Part shown: piece after piece, positions 31,408 to 40,309 of the stretch
Position numbering within the stretch: position 1 is the first letter of the stretch
Layout: each line of letters opens with the position of its first letter
From: an uncultured Bacillota bacterium
GTDB taxonomy: Bacteria; Sysuimicrobiota; Sysuimicrobiia; Sysuimicrobiales; Segetimicrobiaceae
Assembly (NCBI GenBank): GCA_963804645.1
Contig: CAWDRG010000001.1
Location: 1 to 64,000, forward strand
DNA length: 64,000 nucleotides
Reading direction: 5' to 3'
Translations under genes and position numbers: made by a program
The notes under the pieces: model-generated
The model's database searches: none
Told to the model about the DNA's origin: nothing
What the model saw: the letters and a program-made list of their open reading frames with translations, nothing else

Positions 31408-33048
31408 GTGCTCGCGAAAACCGCGTTCTTCGAGATGCTGGGTCAGCGGGGCGTCCGGCACGTGTTCGGCAACCCGGGGACGACCGAGCTCAACTTCATG
31501 GAGATGTTCGCGGACTATCCGGACATCGGCTACGTCCTCGGCCTCCAGGACGCGATCCCCGTCGGCATGGCGTACGGCTACGCGATGGCCACGGGCGAGC
31601 CCGCCGTCGTGAACCTGCACATCACGCCGGGGCTCGCGAACGGTCTCGGGAACATCTTCAACGCGTACCGCGCCAAGGTTCCCCTGGTCGTGACGGCGGG
31701 CCAGCTCGACCGCCGGACGATTCTGCAGGACCCGAGTCTGTGGAGCGACCTCGCGGTCGTCGCCGCTCCATTTACGAAGTGGTCGTACGAGGCGAAAACG
31801 GGCGCCGACGTGCCGCTCGCCCTCGCGCGCGCGTTCAAGCTCGCGGCCGCTCCGCCCCAGGGGCCGGTGTTTCTGTCGCTGCCGATGGACTGTCTCGACG
31901 AAGAGGTCGACGGGCCAGCGCCCTGGACGGAGATCGCCGGCGGCTCGCGGCCCGGCCCCGAGGTGCTCGATCGGGTCGCCCGCGACCTGGCGGGGGCCCG
32001 CGAACCGGTCCTGATCGTGGGGGCGGGCGCGGCGACGGCCGAGGCGCGTACCGCGCTCGTCCGCATCGCAGAGGCGACCGGCGCGCGGGTGTACGGTGAG
32101 CGGCTGCCCGTGCGGTCGGCGTTCCCCACCGACCATCCTCAATATTTTGGCATGATCGGCCTGTCCCTGACGCAGCTGCGCCGCGAGCTCGGGAACGCGG
32201 ACCTGGTGGTGATCGCCGGGGCGCGCAAGTTCGCGGCCCTGCTGTACACGCCGCCCGTGGCCCTCGCGGACGGCACGACCGTCATCCATGTCGACACCGA
32301 TCCGTGGGAGATCGGCAAGAACATCCCCACGACGCTCGGGATCCTCGGCGACGCCGGCGCGATCTTTACCGAGATCGGCGCGCGCCTCGCCGAGCGCATG
32401 GACGCCCCACAGCGGGCCGCCGCGGCGGCGCGGACGGCGGCGGTGCGCCAGGAACGGACCCGTCGCGCGCAGGAGTGGAAGCAGGCGGCGAGCGTGCCCA
32501 AGCCCGGCGAGCGCATGACGATGGCCGCAGCGTACCGTGTGCTCGGGGAGATGGTCGACGACACGGTAACGATCGTCGATGAAGCGATCACCGCCGTGCG
32601 CATGATCGACCGGTACGTCCCGTTCCGCAGCGAGCGCTCGTACCTGGGGGTCGCGGCCGGGTCACTTGGGCTGGGCCTGCCGGCGGCGCTCGGCGCCCAG
32701 ATGGCGTGGCCCGACCGGCGCATCATCTGCACCGTCGGGGACGGGTCGATCATGTACACCATCCAGGCGCTGTGGACCGCGGCGCACTACCACATTCCGG
32801 CGACGATCATGGTCGTCGACAACCGGGCGTACCAGATCCTCAAGGAAGGCATGGCGCAGTACAAAGGGGCGCCGGTGGCGCCGGAGCGCCTCATCGGCAT
32901 GGACCTCAACGCCCCGGCGGTGGATCTGCCGGCCGTCGCGCGCGGCTTCGGCGTACAGGCACGGCTCGTCAGCGATCCCGGCGAGCTGCGCGAGGCCCTC
33001 GCCGAACGGAGCCCCGAGCCGCGGCTGCTCGACGTGCTCGTCGAGTAG
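31408..33048 (+). CDS. ThDP-dependent enzyme, benzoylformate decarboxylase-like
   Basis: VFGNPGTTEL, VNLH..PGLAN, GSLGLGLPAA, GDGS...N ThDP motif. Confidence 0.85.
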   Translation: MLAKTAFFEMLGQRGVRHVFGNPGTTELNFMEMFADYPDIGYVLGLQDAIPVGMAYGYAMATGEPAVVNLHITPGLANGLGNIFNAYRAKVPLVVTAGQLDRRTILQDPSLWSDLAVVAAPFTKWSYEAKTGADVPLALARAFKLAAAPPQGPVFLSLPMDCLDEEVDGPAPWTEIAGGSRPGPEVLDRVARDLAGAREPVLIVGAGAATAEARTALVRIAEATGARVYGERLPVRSAFPTDHPQYFGMIGLSLTQLRRELGNADLVVIAGARKFAALLYTPPVALADGTTVIHVDTDPWEIGKNIPTTLGILGDAGAIFTEIGARLAERMDAPQRAAAAARTAAVRQERTRRAQEWKQAASVPKPGERMTMAAAYRVLGEMVDDTVTIVDEAITAVRMIDRYVPFRSERSYLGVAAGSLGLGLPAALGAQMAWPDRRIICTVGDGSIMYTIQALWTAAHYHIPATIMVVDNRAYQILKEGMAQYKGAPVAPERLIGMDLNAPAVDLPAVARGFGVQARLVSDPGELREALAERSPEPRLLDVLVE

Positions 33049-33052
33049 CCGG

Positions 33053-33970
33053 CTACGGCACGGTCAGACCCGCGCGCGGCACGAGCCACGGCAGCGGGTT
33101 GACGGGCAGCCCGTTCACGTAGAGACCCCAGTGCAGCCCAGGGCCCGTGACCAACCCCGTCGCGCCGATGCGACCCACCACGGCCCCCTGCGCGATCCGG
33201 TCCCCTTCCCGCACCGCGAACGCCGACAGGTGGAGGTACTCCGTCAGGACCCCCTGCCCGTGGTCGATGACCACCGTGTTGCCGCCGAGCGGCAGCGCTC
33301 TCGCCAGCGCCACGATCCCGGCGCTGGCCGCCGCGACCGGGGCGCCCGCCGGCGCGTCAAAATCCACGCCGGCGTGCCACCACTCGCGCCGGCCGTTGTA
33401 GAAGCTCTGCTCGCCGTAAGGAGAGTCGATCGGCGCGGCGGACGGCCGCGCGAAGGCGCCGGTCCACCACGCCGTCGGCGTGCGCCGGCCGAGGACGGGG
33501 CCCAGCAGTCTCGCCTCGGTCGTGAGGTTCGCGGACGTGACGAGACCGATCGTCTGCGGCGGCAGTGTCAGGCGGCGCACCCCGAAGTGTCCCGAACCGA
33601 GGCGGATCGTCCGGACCACGCGCGTGTCCGCCGATCCCGGCCGCACGATCGCGACGCGCACGGTATGCGCGCCGACTCCCGTGTCCGGATCGGTACCGGC
33701 CAACGCCCGCCACACCCCCTCCGCGACGCTGTACGCGGGCACGGCCGACCCGTCGACGGTCACCGCGACGCGGGCGTCCGGCGGCGCGGCCACGCGTATC
33801 GCCAGCGTATCGCCCTGCACCGGCGCGTCCGGGGACACCTGCAGCGCATCGGCGCCCGTCTGCGACACTGCGGCCCCGGCCGGCGCGCCGGATGCCGCGA
33901 CCGCCACGAGAACCGCGCAGGCGAGGGCGCGCGTGCAGCGGCGCATCGCGCGCCGGTGAGCCTGCCGCAT
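33053..33970 (-). CDS. Secreted M23 family metallopeptidase
   Basis: HAGVD, IDHGQG, YLHL, TGPGLHWG; signal peptide; GGGAGGTG RBS. Confidence 0.88.
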   Translation of the reverse strand: MRQAHRRAMRRCTRALACAVLVAVAASGAPAGAAVSQTGADALQVSPDAPVQGDTLAIRVAAPPDARVAVTVDGSAVPAYSVAEGVWRALAGTDPDTGVGAHTVRVAIVRPGSADTRVVRTIRLGSGHFGVRRLTLPPQTIGLVTSANLTTEARLLGPVLGRRTPTAWWTGAFARPSAAPIDSPYGEQSFYNGRREWWHAGVDFDAPAGAPVAAASAGIVALARALPLGGNTVVIDHGQGVLTEYLHLSAFAVREGDRIAQGAVVGRIGATGLVTGPGLHWGLYVNGLPVNPLPWLVPRAGLTVP

Positions 33971-34145
33971 CGGGTCACCTCCCAACGATGGCCGAGCGCG
34001 ACCCGGGCCGCCGCGAGGCGCCGGGTGCGCAAGAGACGCGTTCGGGCCTGGTCGCGCAAGGGCCTCCACGATCGCCGGCCCCGGTGCGCCCGCGCGGCGG
34101 TGGATAGCGGGAATGCCGCCCGCGGCTGGCGCGTATACCTAAATG

Positions 34146-34483
34146 GATGCGGCCGCCCGCGATGTCGCCGAGGTAGCGGACGCGTCAGGACGGCAGTGAC
34201 CGGATGGAGGGAGAATCGCCGCGGCGTCGAATGCCGCGGTGAAAGGTCGAGGATCGGGGCGCGCCATCCCCGCCGGAGCCGGACGCGGATTGCCGAGTCG
34301 CCGCGTGTGAGCCTGGCCGCGTGCCGTCCTCGGAAAGAGCACACCCGTACTGGATGAGTGCCACGGCGCGGTCGCTTTGTGCCCGCGGCGAATGGCGTGG
34401 GTGTGCGTCTGGACTGCCTGCGCCGCGCGCATCGGGGGCACAACGTCCCCGGTGAAGACCGCGGGCGGGTCGGGAGGTGTCCC
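34146..34483 (+). ncRNA. Candidate large structured RNA / 5' leader of nadA (family unassigned)
   Basis: Nested complementary segments: 34153-61/34460-68, 34165-70/34450-55, 34171-76/34414-19, 34177-84/34404-11, 34187-95/34322-30, 34216-26/34232-42, 34342-46/34399-403; G-U pairs favour the + strand. Confidence 0.55.
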
Positions 34484-35542
34484 ATGGTCGTAGCGATGGC
34501 ACGCGAGACGTCCGCGGACGCGATGTACGCGGAGATGAAGGCGCGGCTCGAGCGCGTCGTGCCGGACGTCGAGCTGCGCCAGAAGGCGGTCCTCGCGTGC
34601 GAGATCAACCGCCTCAAGCGCGAGCGGAACGCGGTGATCCTCGGACACAACTACATGGAGCCGGCCCTGTTCCATTCGATCCCCGACTACACCGGCGATT
34701 CGCTGGAGCTGAGCCGCACGGCGGCCGAGACCGATGCGGCCCTCATCGTGTTCTGCGGCGTGCAGTTCATGGCGGAGACGGCGAAGATCCTCAACCCGAC
34801 GAAGACGGTCCTGCTGCCGGCCGCGCGGGCCGGCTGCTCGCTCGCGGCCAGCATCACCGCCGCCGACGTGCGGGCGTTGAAGCAGCGGTTTCCGGGCGTC
34901 CCGGTCGTCACGTACGTCAACACCTACGCCGACGTCAAGGCCGAATCCGACATCTGCTGCACCTCCAGCAACGCCGCGGCGGTCGTGGAGTCCTTGGGCG
35001 TCGACACGGTCATCTTTCTTCCGGACGAGTACCTCGCCAAGAACGTCGCCCGGGAGACCGGCAAGCACGTCATCTTTCCGAGCATCCTCAGCCAGCCGGC
35101 GGCGCCCGCCGGCGTCGACTACCAGCTGATCGGCTGGCACGGCCGGTGCGAGGTGCACGAGCAGTTCCAGGTGGGCGACATTCACGCGATCCGCCAGCAG
35201 TTCCCGGACGTCCTCGTCCTCGCCCATCCCGAGTGCAGCCCGGAGGTGGTGGCGGCCGCCGATTTCTCCGGCAGCACGACCGCGATGATCAAGCACGTGG
35301 AACGGAGCTCCGCGCCCCGCTACCTGCTGCTGACCGAGTGCGCGATGGGAGACAACGTCGCGGCGGCCAACCCCGGGAAGGAAATGCTGCGGCTGTGCAG
35401 CGTCCGGTGCCCGCACATGAACCAGATCACGATGGAGGACACGCTCCGCTCCCTCCAGCGCACCCAGTACGTGATCGACGTCCCCGAGCCGATCCGGGTG
35501 CGGGCGGCGCGCGCCGTCGAGCGCATGCTGGCGGTCGGCTGA
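34484..35542 (+). CDS. nadA: Quinolinate synthase
   Basis: ILGHNY, GDSLELS, FCGV.FMAETAKILNP, YVNT.A.VKA, AHPEC, CPHM; GGGAGGTG RBS. Confidence 0.96.
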   Translation: MVVAMARETSADAMYAEMKARLERVVPDVELRQKAVLACEINRLKRERNAVILGHNYMEPALFHSIPDYTGDSLELSRTAAETDAALIVFCGVQFMAETAKILNPTKTVLLPAARAGCSLAASITAADVRALKQRFPGVPVVTYVNTYADVKAESDICCTSSNAAAVVESLGVDTVIFLPDEYLAKNVARETGKHVIFPSILSQPAAPAGVDYQLIGWHGRCEVHEQFQVGDIHAIRQQFPDVLVLAHPECSPEVVAAADFSGSTTAMIKHVERSSAPRYLLLTECAMGDNVAAANPGKEMLRLCSVRCPHMNQITMEDTLRSLQRTQYVIDVPEPIRVRAARAVERMLAVG

Positions 35543-35580
35543 CCGGACGCCGGAGCGATCAGCCCGCCGACGGGAGCGCG

Positions 35581-36435
35581 ATGCCTGACGCACGCGTCAA
35601 CGGAGTGCGGCTCCACTACGCGGTGACCGGCGAAGGATTCCCGCTGGTGTTCGTCCACGAATTCGCCGGCGACGGCCGCAGCTGGGACCCCCAGGTCCGG
35701 TGCTTCGCCCGGCGCTACCGGGTCGTCACGTACCACGCGCGCGGCTACCCTCCCTCCGACGTGCCCGAGGATCCGGCCGCGTACTCCCAGGACATCGCGG
35801 TGGCCGATCTGCACGGCCTGCTGCGGCATCTTGGGATCGCGCAGGCGCACCTGTGCGGCCTGTCGATGGGCGCATCCACCGTGCTGCACCTCGCCCTCCG
35901 GCATCCGGAGATGGCGCGGGCGCTCGTGGTCGCCGGGTGCGGATCGGGGTCGGACGACCCGGAGGGATTCGCGCGCGACTCCGAGGCGCGGGCGCGGACG
36001 ATCGAGCGCGACGGCATGGAGGCGTTCGCCGCCGAGTACGCGCTGGGGCCGACGCGCCTCCCGTTTCGGCGGAAAGACCCGCAGGGCTGGGGCGAATTTC
36101 GCGACGCCTTCGTGCGGCACTCCGGGCCGGGCAGCGCCCGCACCCTTCGCGGCGTCCAGGCGCGCCGGCCCCCGCTGTACGCGGCCGAGCAGCCGCTCCG
36201 CCGCCTCGCCGTGCCGACGCTGATCGTCAACGGCGACGAGGACGAGCCGTGCCTGGCGCCGGGCCTGTTCCTGAAGCGGCAGATTCCGGGTGCCCGGCTG
36301 CTGGTGCTTCCGGACACCGGACATACCCTCAACCTCGAGGAGCCGGCGGCGTTTAACCGCGCGGTGCTCGACTTTCTGACGCTCGTCGACGCCGGTCGAT
36401 GGCCCGTCCCGGATCCGGCTCGGCAGCCTTCATAG
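35581..36435 (+). CDS. Alpha/beta fold hydrolase
   Basis: GLSMG nucleophile elbow, GDED, GHTLNLEEP. Confidence 0.88.
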   Translation: MPDARVNGVRLHYAVTGEGFPLVFVHEFAGDGRSWDPQVRCFARRYRVVTYHARGYPPSDVPEDPAAYSQDIAVADLHGLLRHLGIAQAHLCGLSMGASTVLHLALRHPEMARALVVAGCGSGSDDPEGFARDSEARARTIERDGMEAFAAEYALGPTRLPFRRKDPQGWGEFRDAFVRHSGPGSARTLRGVQARRPPLYAAEQPLRRLAVPTLIVNGDEDEPCLAPGLFLKRQIPGARLLVLPDTGHTLNLEEPAAFNRAVLDFLTLVDAGRWPVPDPARQPS

Positions 36436-36497
36436 CGAACGGGCGGGCGTCCCGAACCGGCCGGCCCGGGACAAACGAGCGGGGTGTCGGTCGCTGG

Positions 36498-36719
36498 TCA
36501 GTCCGTGAGTGCCCCGCCGTTCTCGCGCGGCTCGCTCCGGTCGTGCTCTTTCTCCGTCTTCTTGTCCGCCTTCTTCTCTTTGATTTTCTTCGACATGATG
36601 ATCCGGTCGCTCGTGGTCGCCTCGATCACGTAGCCGTCGGCCGCGTAGTGGTTCAGCGTGCTGGCCACTTCCTGGCCGCGCGACACCTCGATCTCGACGA
36701 AGTGCAACCGGTTCGTCAT
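36498..36719 (-). CDS. Small hypothetical protein (73 aa) downstream of tRNA-Glu
   Basis: ATG with AGGGGG RBS; protein-like composition with a Lys/Glu-rich tail. Confidence 0.55.
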   Translation of the reverse strand: MTNRLHFVEIEVSRGQEVASTLNHYAADGYVIEATTSDRIIMSKKIKEKKADKKTEKEHDRSEPRENGGALTD

Positions 36720-36772
36720 CGCGCCCCCTGCTCGAGCGCCCCGCGGACGCCGCCGTGAAGTAGAATGTTGGC

Positions 36773-36848
36773 TGGTGGCCCCAGGGGAATTCGAATCCCC
36801 GTTTCGGCCTTGAGAGGGCCGCGTCCTAGGCCTCTAGACGATGGGGCC
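36773..36848 (-). tRNA. tRNA-Glu (anticodon CTC)
   Basis: GGCCCCA...CT-CTC-AA...TTCGAATT...TGGGGCC-A-CCA cloverleaf, 76 nt, CCA encoded. Confidence 0.96.
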
Positions 36849-36870
36849 AGCGCGTGCGGAACCGATACAG

Positions 36871-36899
36871 AGTATACCAACTGGGATCGTACCAGGCAA
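36871..36899 (-). promoter_or_regulatory. Sigma70-type promoter of tRNA-Glu
   Basis: TTGCCT-N17-TATACT with TG extension. Confidence 0.65.
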
Positions 36900-36957
36900 A
36901 CCGACCGTGTCCGGCGTCCGTCCGGCGCGGCACACACCACGCGTGGAGGCGTCGCCG

Positions 36958-37785
36958 ATGCCAGCATCCCTGCAGTCGACGGTCACCCTGAACAATGGGG
37001 TCCCGATGCCGATCCTGGGCCTGGGCGTCTGGCGGCTGGCGCCCGGCGCCGAGACGATTCGGGTGGCGTCCGACGCGCTCGCGCTCGGGTACCGGCTGCT
37101 CGACACCGCAGCCGGCTATGACAACGAGCACGACGTCGGCGTCGCGCTGCGCGGCAGCGGGATCCCCCGCGGCGAGGTGTTCGTGACGACCAAGCTTCTC
37201 ACCGACGATCATGGGTACGACTCGGCGCTGCGCGGATTCGACGCCTCGCTCGGCCGGCTCGGCTTGGAGTACGTCGATCTCTACCTGATCCACTGGCCGC
37301 GCTCCGCCAAGCGCGGGGACAGCTGGCGCGCGATGGAACAGATCCTGGCCAGCGGGCGCGCGCGCGCCATCGGCGTGAGCAACTACGCGGAGCGGCATCT
37401 CACCGAGCTGCTCGAGCACGCCGGCGTGGTGCCCGCGGTGAACCAGGTGGAGTTCTCCGTCTTCCTCTACCAGCGCCGGCTGCTCGAGTTCTGCCGCGCG
37501 CGCGGCATCCAGCTCGAAGCCTACGCGCCGCTCACCAAGGGGCGCCGGCTCGAGGACCCGCGCATCGGCACGATCGCCCAGCGCCACCGGCGCACGATTC
37601 CCCAGGTCATGATCCGGTGGCTGATCGAACACGGCGTGGTCGCGATCCCCAAGACGTCGCGGCGCGAGCGGCTGGTCGAGAACGCGCAGACGGTGGAGTT
37701 CGAGCTGACGCCGGACGAGATGACGGCCCTCGACGCGCTCAACGAAGACTACCGCACCACCACCGATCCCGAGACGATCCCGTAG
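36958..37785 (+). CDS. Aldo/keto reductase (AKR5-like)
   Basis: GLGVW, DTAAGYDNE, FVTTKL, YLIHWP, IGVSNY, AIPKT. Confidence 0.93.
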   Translation: MPASLQSTVTLNNGVPMPILGLGVWRLAPGAETIRVASDALALGYRLLDTAAGYDNEHDVGVALRGSGIPRGEVFVTTKLLTDDHGYDSALRGFDASLGRLGLEYVDLYLIHWPRSAKRGDSWRAMEQILASGRARAIGVSNYAERHLTELLEHAGVVPAVNQVEFSVFLYQRRLLEFCRARGIQLEAYAPLTKGRRLEDPRIGTIAQRHRRTIPQVMIRWLIEHGVVAIPKTSRRERLVENAQTVEFELTPDEMTALDALNEDYRTTTDPETIP

Positions 37786-37855
37786 GCGCCCGGCCGGCCC
37801 GACCCGCCGCGTCCCGGAGAGGGAGCGCGAGACCGGAGGCGAATGCACACGCGAG

Positions 37856-38923
37856 ATGAGTGAGACGTCCGGGTCACGCACGCGCACGCTCCGCGAGCGC
37901 CTCGCCGGCGACGGCGCGGTCCTGTGCGCGGAGGGCTACCTGTTCGAGCTCGAACGACGGGGCTACCTGCAGGCCGGCGCGTACGTGCCCGAAGTGGTGC
38001 TGGACCACCCCGACGTGGTGGCGCAGCTGCACCGGGAGTTCGTGCGCGCCGGCAGCGACGTCGTCGAGGCGTTCACGTACTACGGCCACCGCGAAAAACT
38101 GCGCCTCATCGGCAAGGAAGATCGGCTCGAAGCCCTGCAGCGGAACGCCCTGGCGATCGCCCGCAGCGTGGCGGCGGAGCGGCACGGCGAACGTCCGCTG
38201 GTCGCCGGGAACATCTCGAACACGACGATCTACGCGCCCGGCGACGCGGCCGTGGCACGCGAGGTCCGCGCGATGTTCGACGAGCAGATCGCCTGGGCGG
38301 CCGAGGCCGGCGTCGACATGGTGATCGCCGAGACGTTCTCCTATCACGGCGAGGCGCTGCTGGCGCTCGAGGCGATCACCCGGGCCGGGCTGCCCGCGGT
38401 GGTCACGCTCGCGGTGCACCTGGAGGGCCTCCGCGACGCGGTGGACATTCGCGAGAGCGCCCGCCAGCTGGAACAGGCCGGCGCCGCGGTGGTCGGGCTC
38501 AACTGCGCCCGGGGCCCCGCGACGATGCTGCCGCTGCTGCGCGCGGTCCGCAAGGCGGTGTCGTGCCCCGTCGCCGGCCTCCCGGTCCCCTACCGGACGA
38601 CGCGGCGGCACGCGACGTTTCAGTCGCTCGAGGACCGGGCCCGCGCGGACCTGCCGGGGGGACGTCCGTTTCCGACGGCGCTGGATCCCTTTACCTGCAA
38701 CCGCTACGAGATGGCGACGTTTGCGCGCGCGGCGTACGACCTCGGTGTGCGCTACCTCGGCGTCTGCTGCGGCGGCGCGCCGCACCATGTGCGCGCGATG
38801 GCGGAGGCGCTGGGCCGCACGCCGGAGGCCAGCCGGTACTCCCCCGACATGTCGAAGCACTACGCGTTTGGGACCGACGCGCGGCTCCGGCAGCACAACC
38901 GCGCGTACACCAGCAAGCTGTGA
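37856..38923 (+). CDS. Homocysteine S-methyltransferase family, betaine-homocysteine methyltransferase-like
   Basis: EFVRAGSDVVEAFTYY, GLNC, FPTALDP, GVCCG Zn motif, HVRAMAEAL. Confidence 0.88.
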   Translation: MSETSGSRTRTLRERLAGDGAVLCAEGYLFELERRGYLQAGAYVPEVVLDHPDVVAQLHREFVRAGSDVVEAFTYYGHREKLRLIGKEDRLEALQRNALAIARSVAAERHGERPLVAGNISNTTIYAPGDAAVAREVRAMFDEQIAWAAEAGVDMVIAETFSYHGEALLALEAITRAGLPAVVTLAVHLEGLRDAVDIRESARQLEQAGAAVVGLNCARGPATMLPLLRAVRKAVSCPVAGLPVPYRTTRRHATFQSLEDRARADLPGGRPFPTALDPFTCNRYEMATFARAAYDLGVRYLGVCCGGAPHHVRAMAEALGRTPEASRYSPDMSKHYAFGTDARLRQHNRAYTSKL

Positions 38924-38960
38924 CGCTCCGCGCACGCCGCCGCACGCAAGGAGACCCGCC

Positions 38961-40290
38961 GTGGCGCTCCCGACCCACACGCGCTACCTGATCATCGGCG
39001 CCGGCGTCCACGGCCTCAGCACCGGCTACCACCTGGCACGGGAGCTTCGCGCGCGGGGCAAAGGGAGCGGCGCCGACATCCTGATCGTGGACAAGACCGA
39101 CGTCGCCGCCGGCGCCTCCGGGATCGCCTGCGGCGTCATCCGCAACAACTACTTCCAGCCCGCGATGCGGGCGCTCATGGCCCACAGCGTGTCCGTCTGG
39201 GAGAGCGACCCGGAGGCGCTGAGCTATCACCCCGTCGGCTACATGCAGATCAGCCCGGAGGTGATGCACGAAGGCGTCGCATCGATCCACGCGCAGCAGC
39301 GCGCGATCGGCTACCCGTCGGTGTTCATCGAAGGCGCCGCCGACTGCCTGGCCTACATGCGCGGCATCCTCCACGACTGGCAGGCGAAGGGCATCACCTC
39401 CGTGCTGCACGAGCAGAAAGGCGGGTACGCGAACAACAAGGCGGCGATGGCCGGCCTCGCGCGAAAAGCGCGGGCCGAAGGGGTCCGCATCGAGCCGGGC
39501 GTGCGGGTCCGGGAACTGCGGCTCTCCGGCGGAGCGGTGACCGCAGCGGAGACCGACCGCGGCAGCGTGTCCGCGGACCACGTGGTGGTCGGAGTCGGCC
39601 CGTGGATCCGCTCGCTGTGGGCTATGCTCGACCTCCCGATGGCGATCACCGTCCTGCATGAGGGCGTGCGCGCACCACGACGTCAAGATGTGGCGCTACA
39701 TGTGCCTGCAGGAGGGCACCCTCGGGGTGGACCCGACGCTGCAGCAGACCAACGACGGCCGGATGCCGCCCGTGATTCACGTCGACACCGACGCGCCGCT
39801 GCACGGCGATCCCGACGGCGCGCTGATCACCGACCAACTCTGGGGCATCTACTACAAGCCGGACTTCCTGTTCAACGGGGTCCAGGGCGGCGCCGCGCCG
39901 TATCTCGTGGACCACGACGAGGTCCGCATCGACCCCTACGGCCCGGCCTCCCCCGAGTTCGTCGTCGGCGAGGAGTTCGTCCGCATGTACTGCTCCGGGC
40001 TGGCGTTCTGCCAGAAGCGGTTCGAGGGGCAGTCCCACCTGTACCGGCGCGAGCCGTCCGGGGGCCTCGGCGCCTTCACGCCGGACAACTTCCCGGTGTT
40101 CGACGTCTTCCGCCAGAATTGCTACGTGATCGCGGATTCCAACCACGGGTACAAGATGATCGGGGTCGGCGCGCTAGTCGCCAAGGAGCTCTTGGGCGAG
40201 CCGAGCGCGATCCTCCGGCCGTTTCGGTTCTCGCGCTACGCCGAGGGGGCGCTCCACCCGGTCTCCGCCAGCCCGTTTCCCTGGAGCTGA
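38961..40290 (+). CDS. FAD-dependent oxidoreductase (sarcosine/dimethylglycine dehydrogenase-like), frameshifted near 39670
   Basis: IIGAGVHGLSTGYHLA, GASGIACG; C-terminal FTPDNFP and HGYKM in another frame. Confidence 0.85.
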
Positions 40291-40309
40291 CGCGCGGCGG
40301 CCGCGAGGT

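Noticed and set aside
34146..34483. Assignment of the nadA leader to lysine or cobalamin riboswitch, RNase P, SRP, hammerhead or c-di-AMP families
   Set aside because: Only short fragments resemble them (GAGG, GAAAGG, ACTGCC, CTGGATGAG, AAGACC); diagnostic cores such as GAGGAAAGTCC, CTGANGA/GAAA and GGAAGGAAGCAG are absent. An Rfam search is still needed
34358..34483. Longer nadA N-terminus given in the ORF track
   Set aside because: Strong GGGAGGTG RBS precedes ATG 34484, and the upstream codons are not NadA-like
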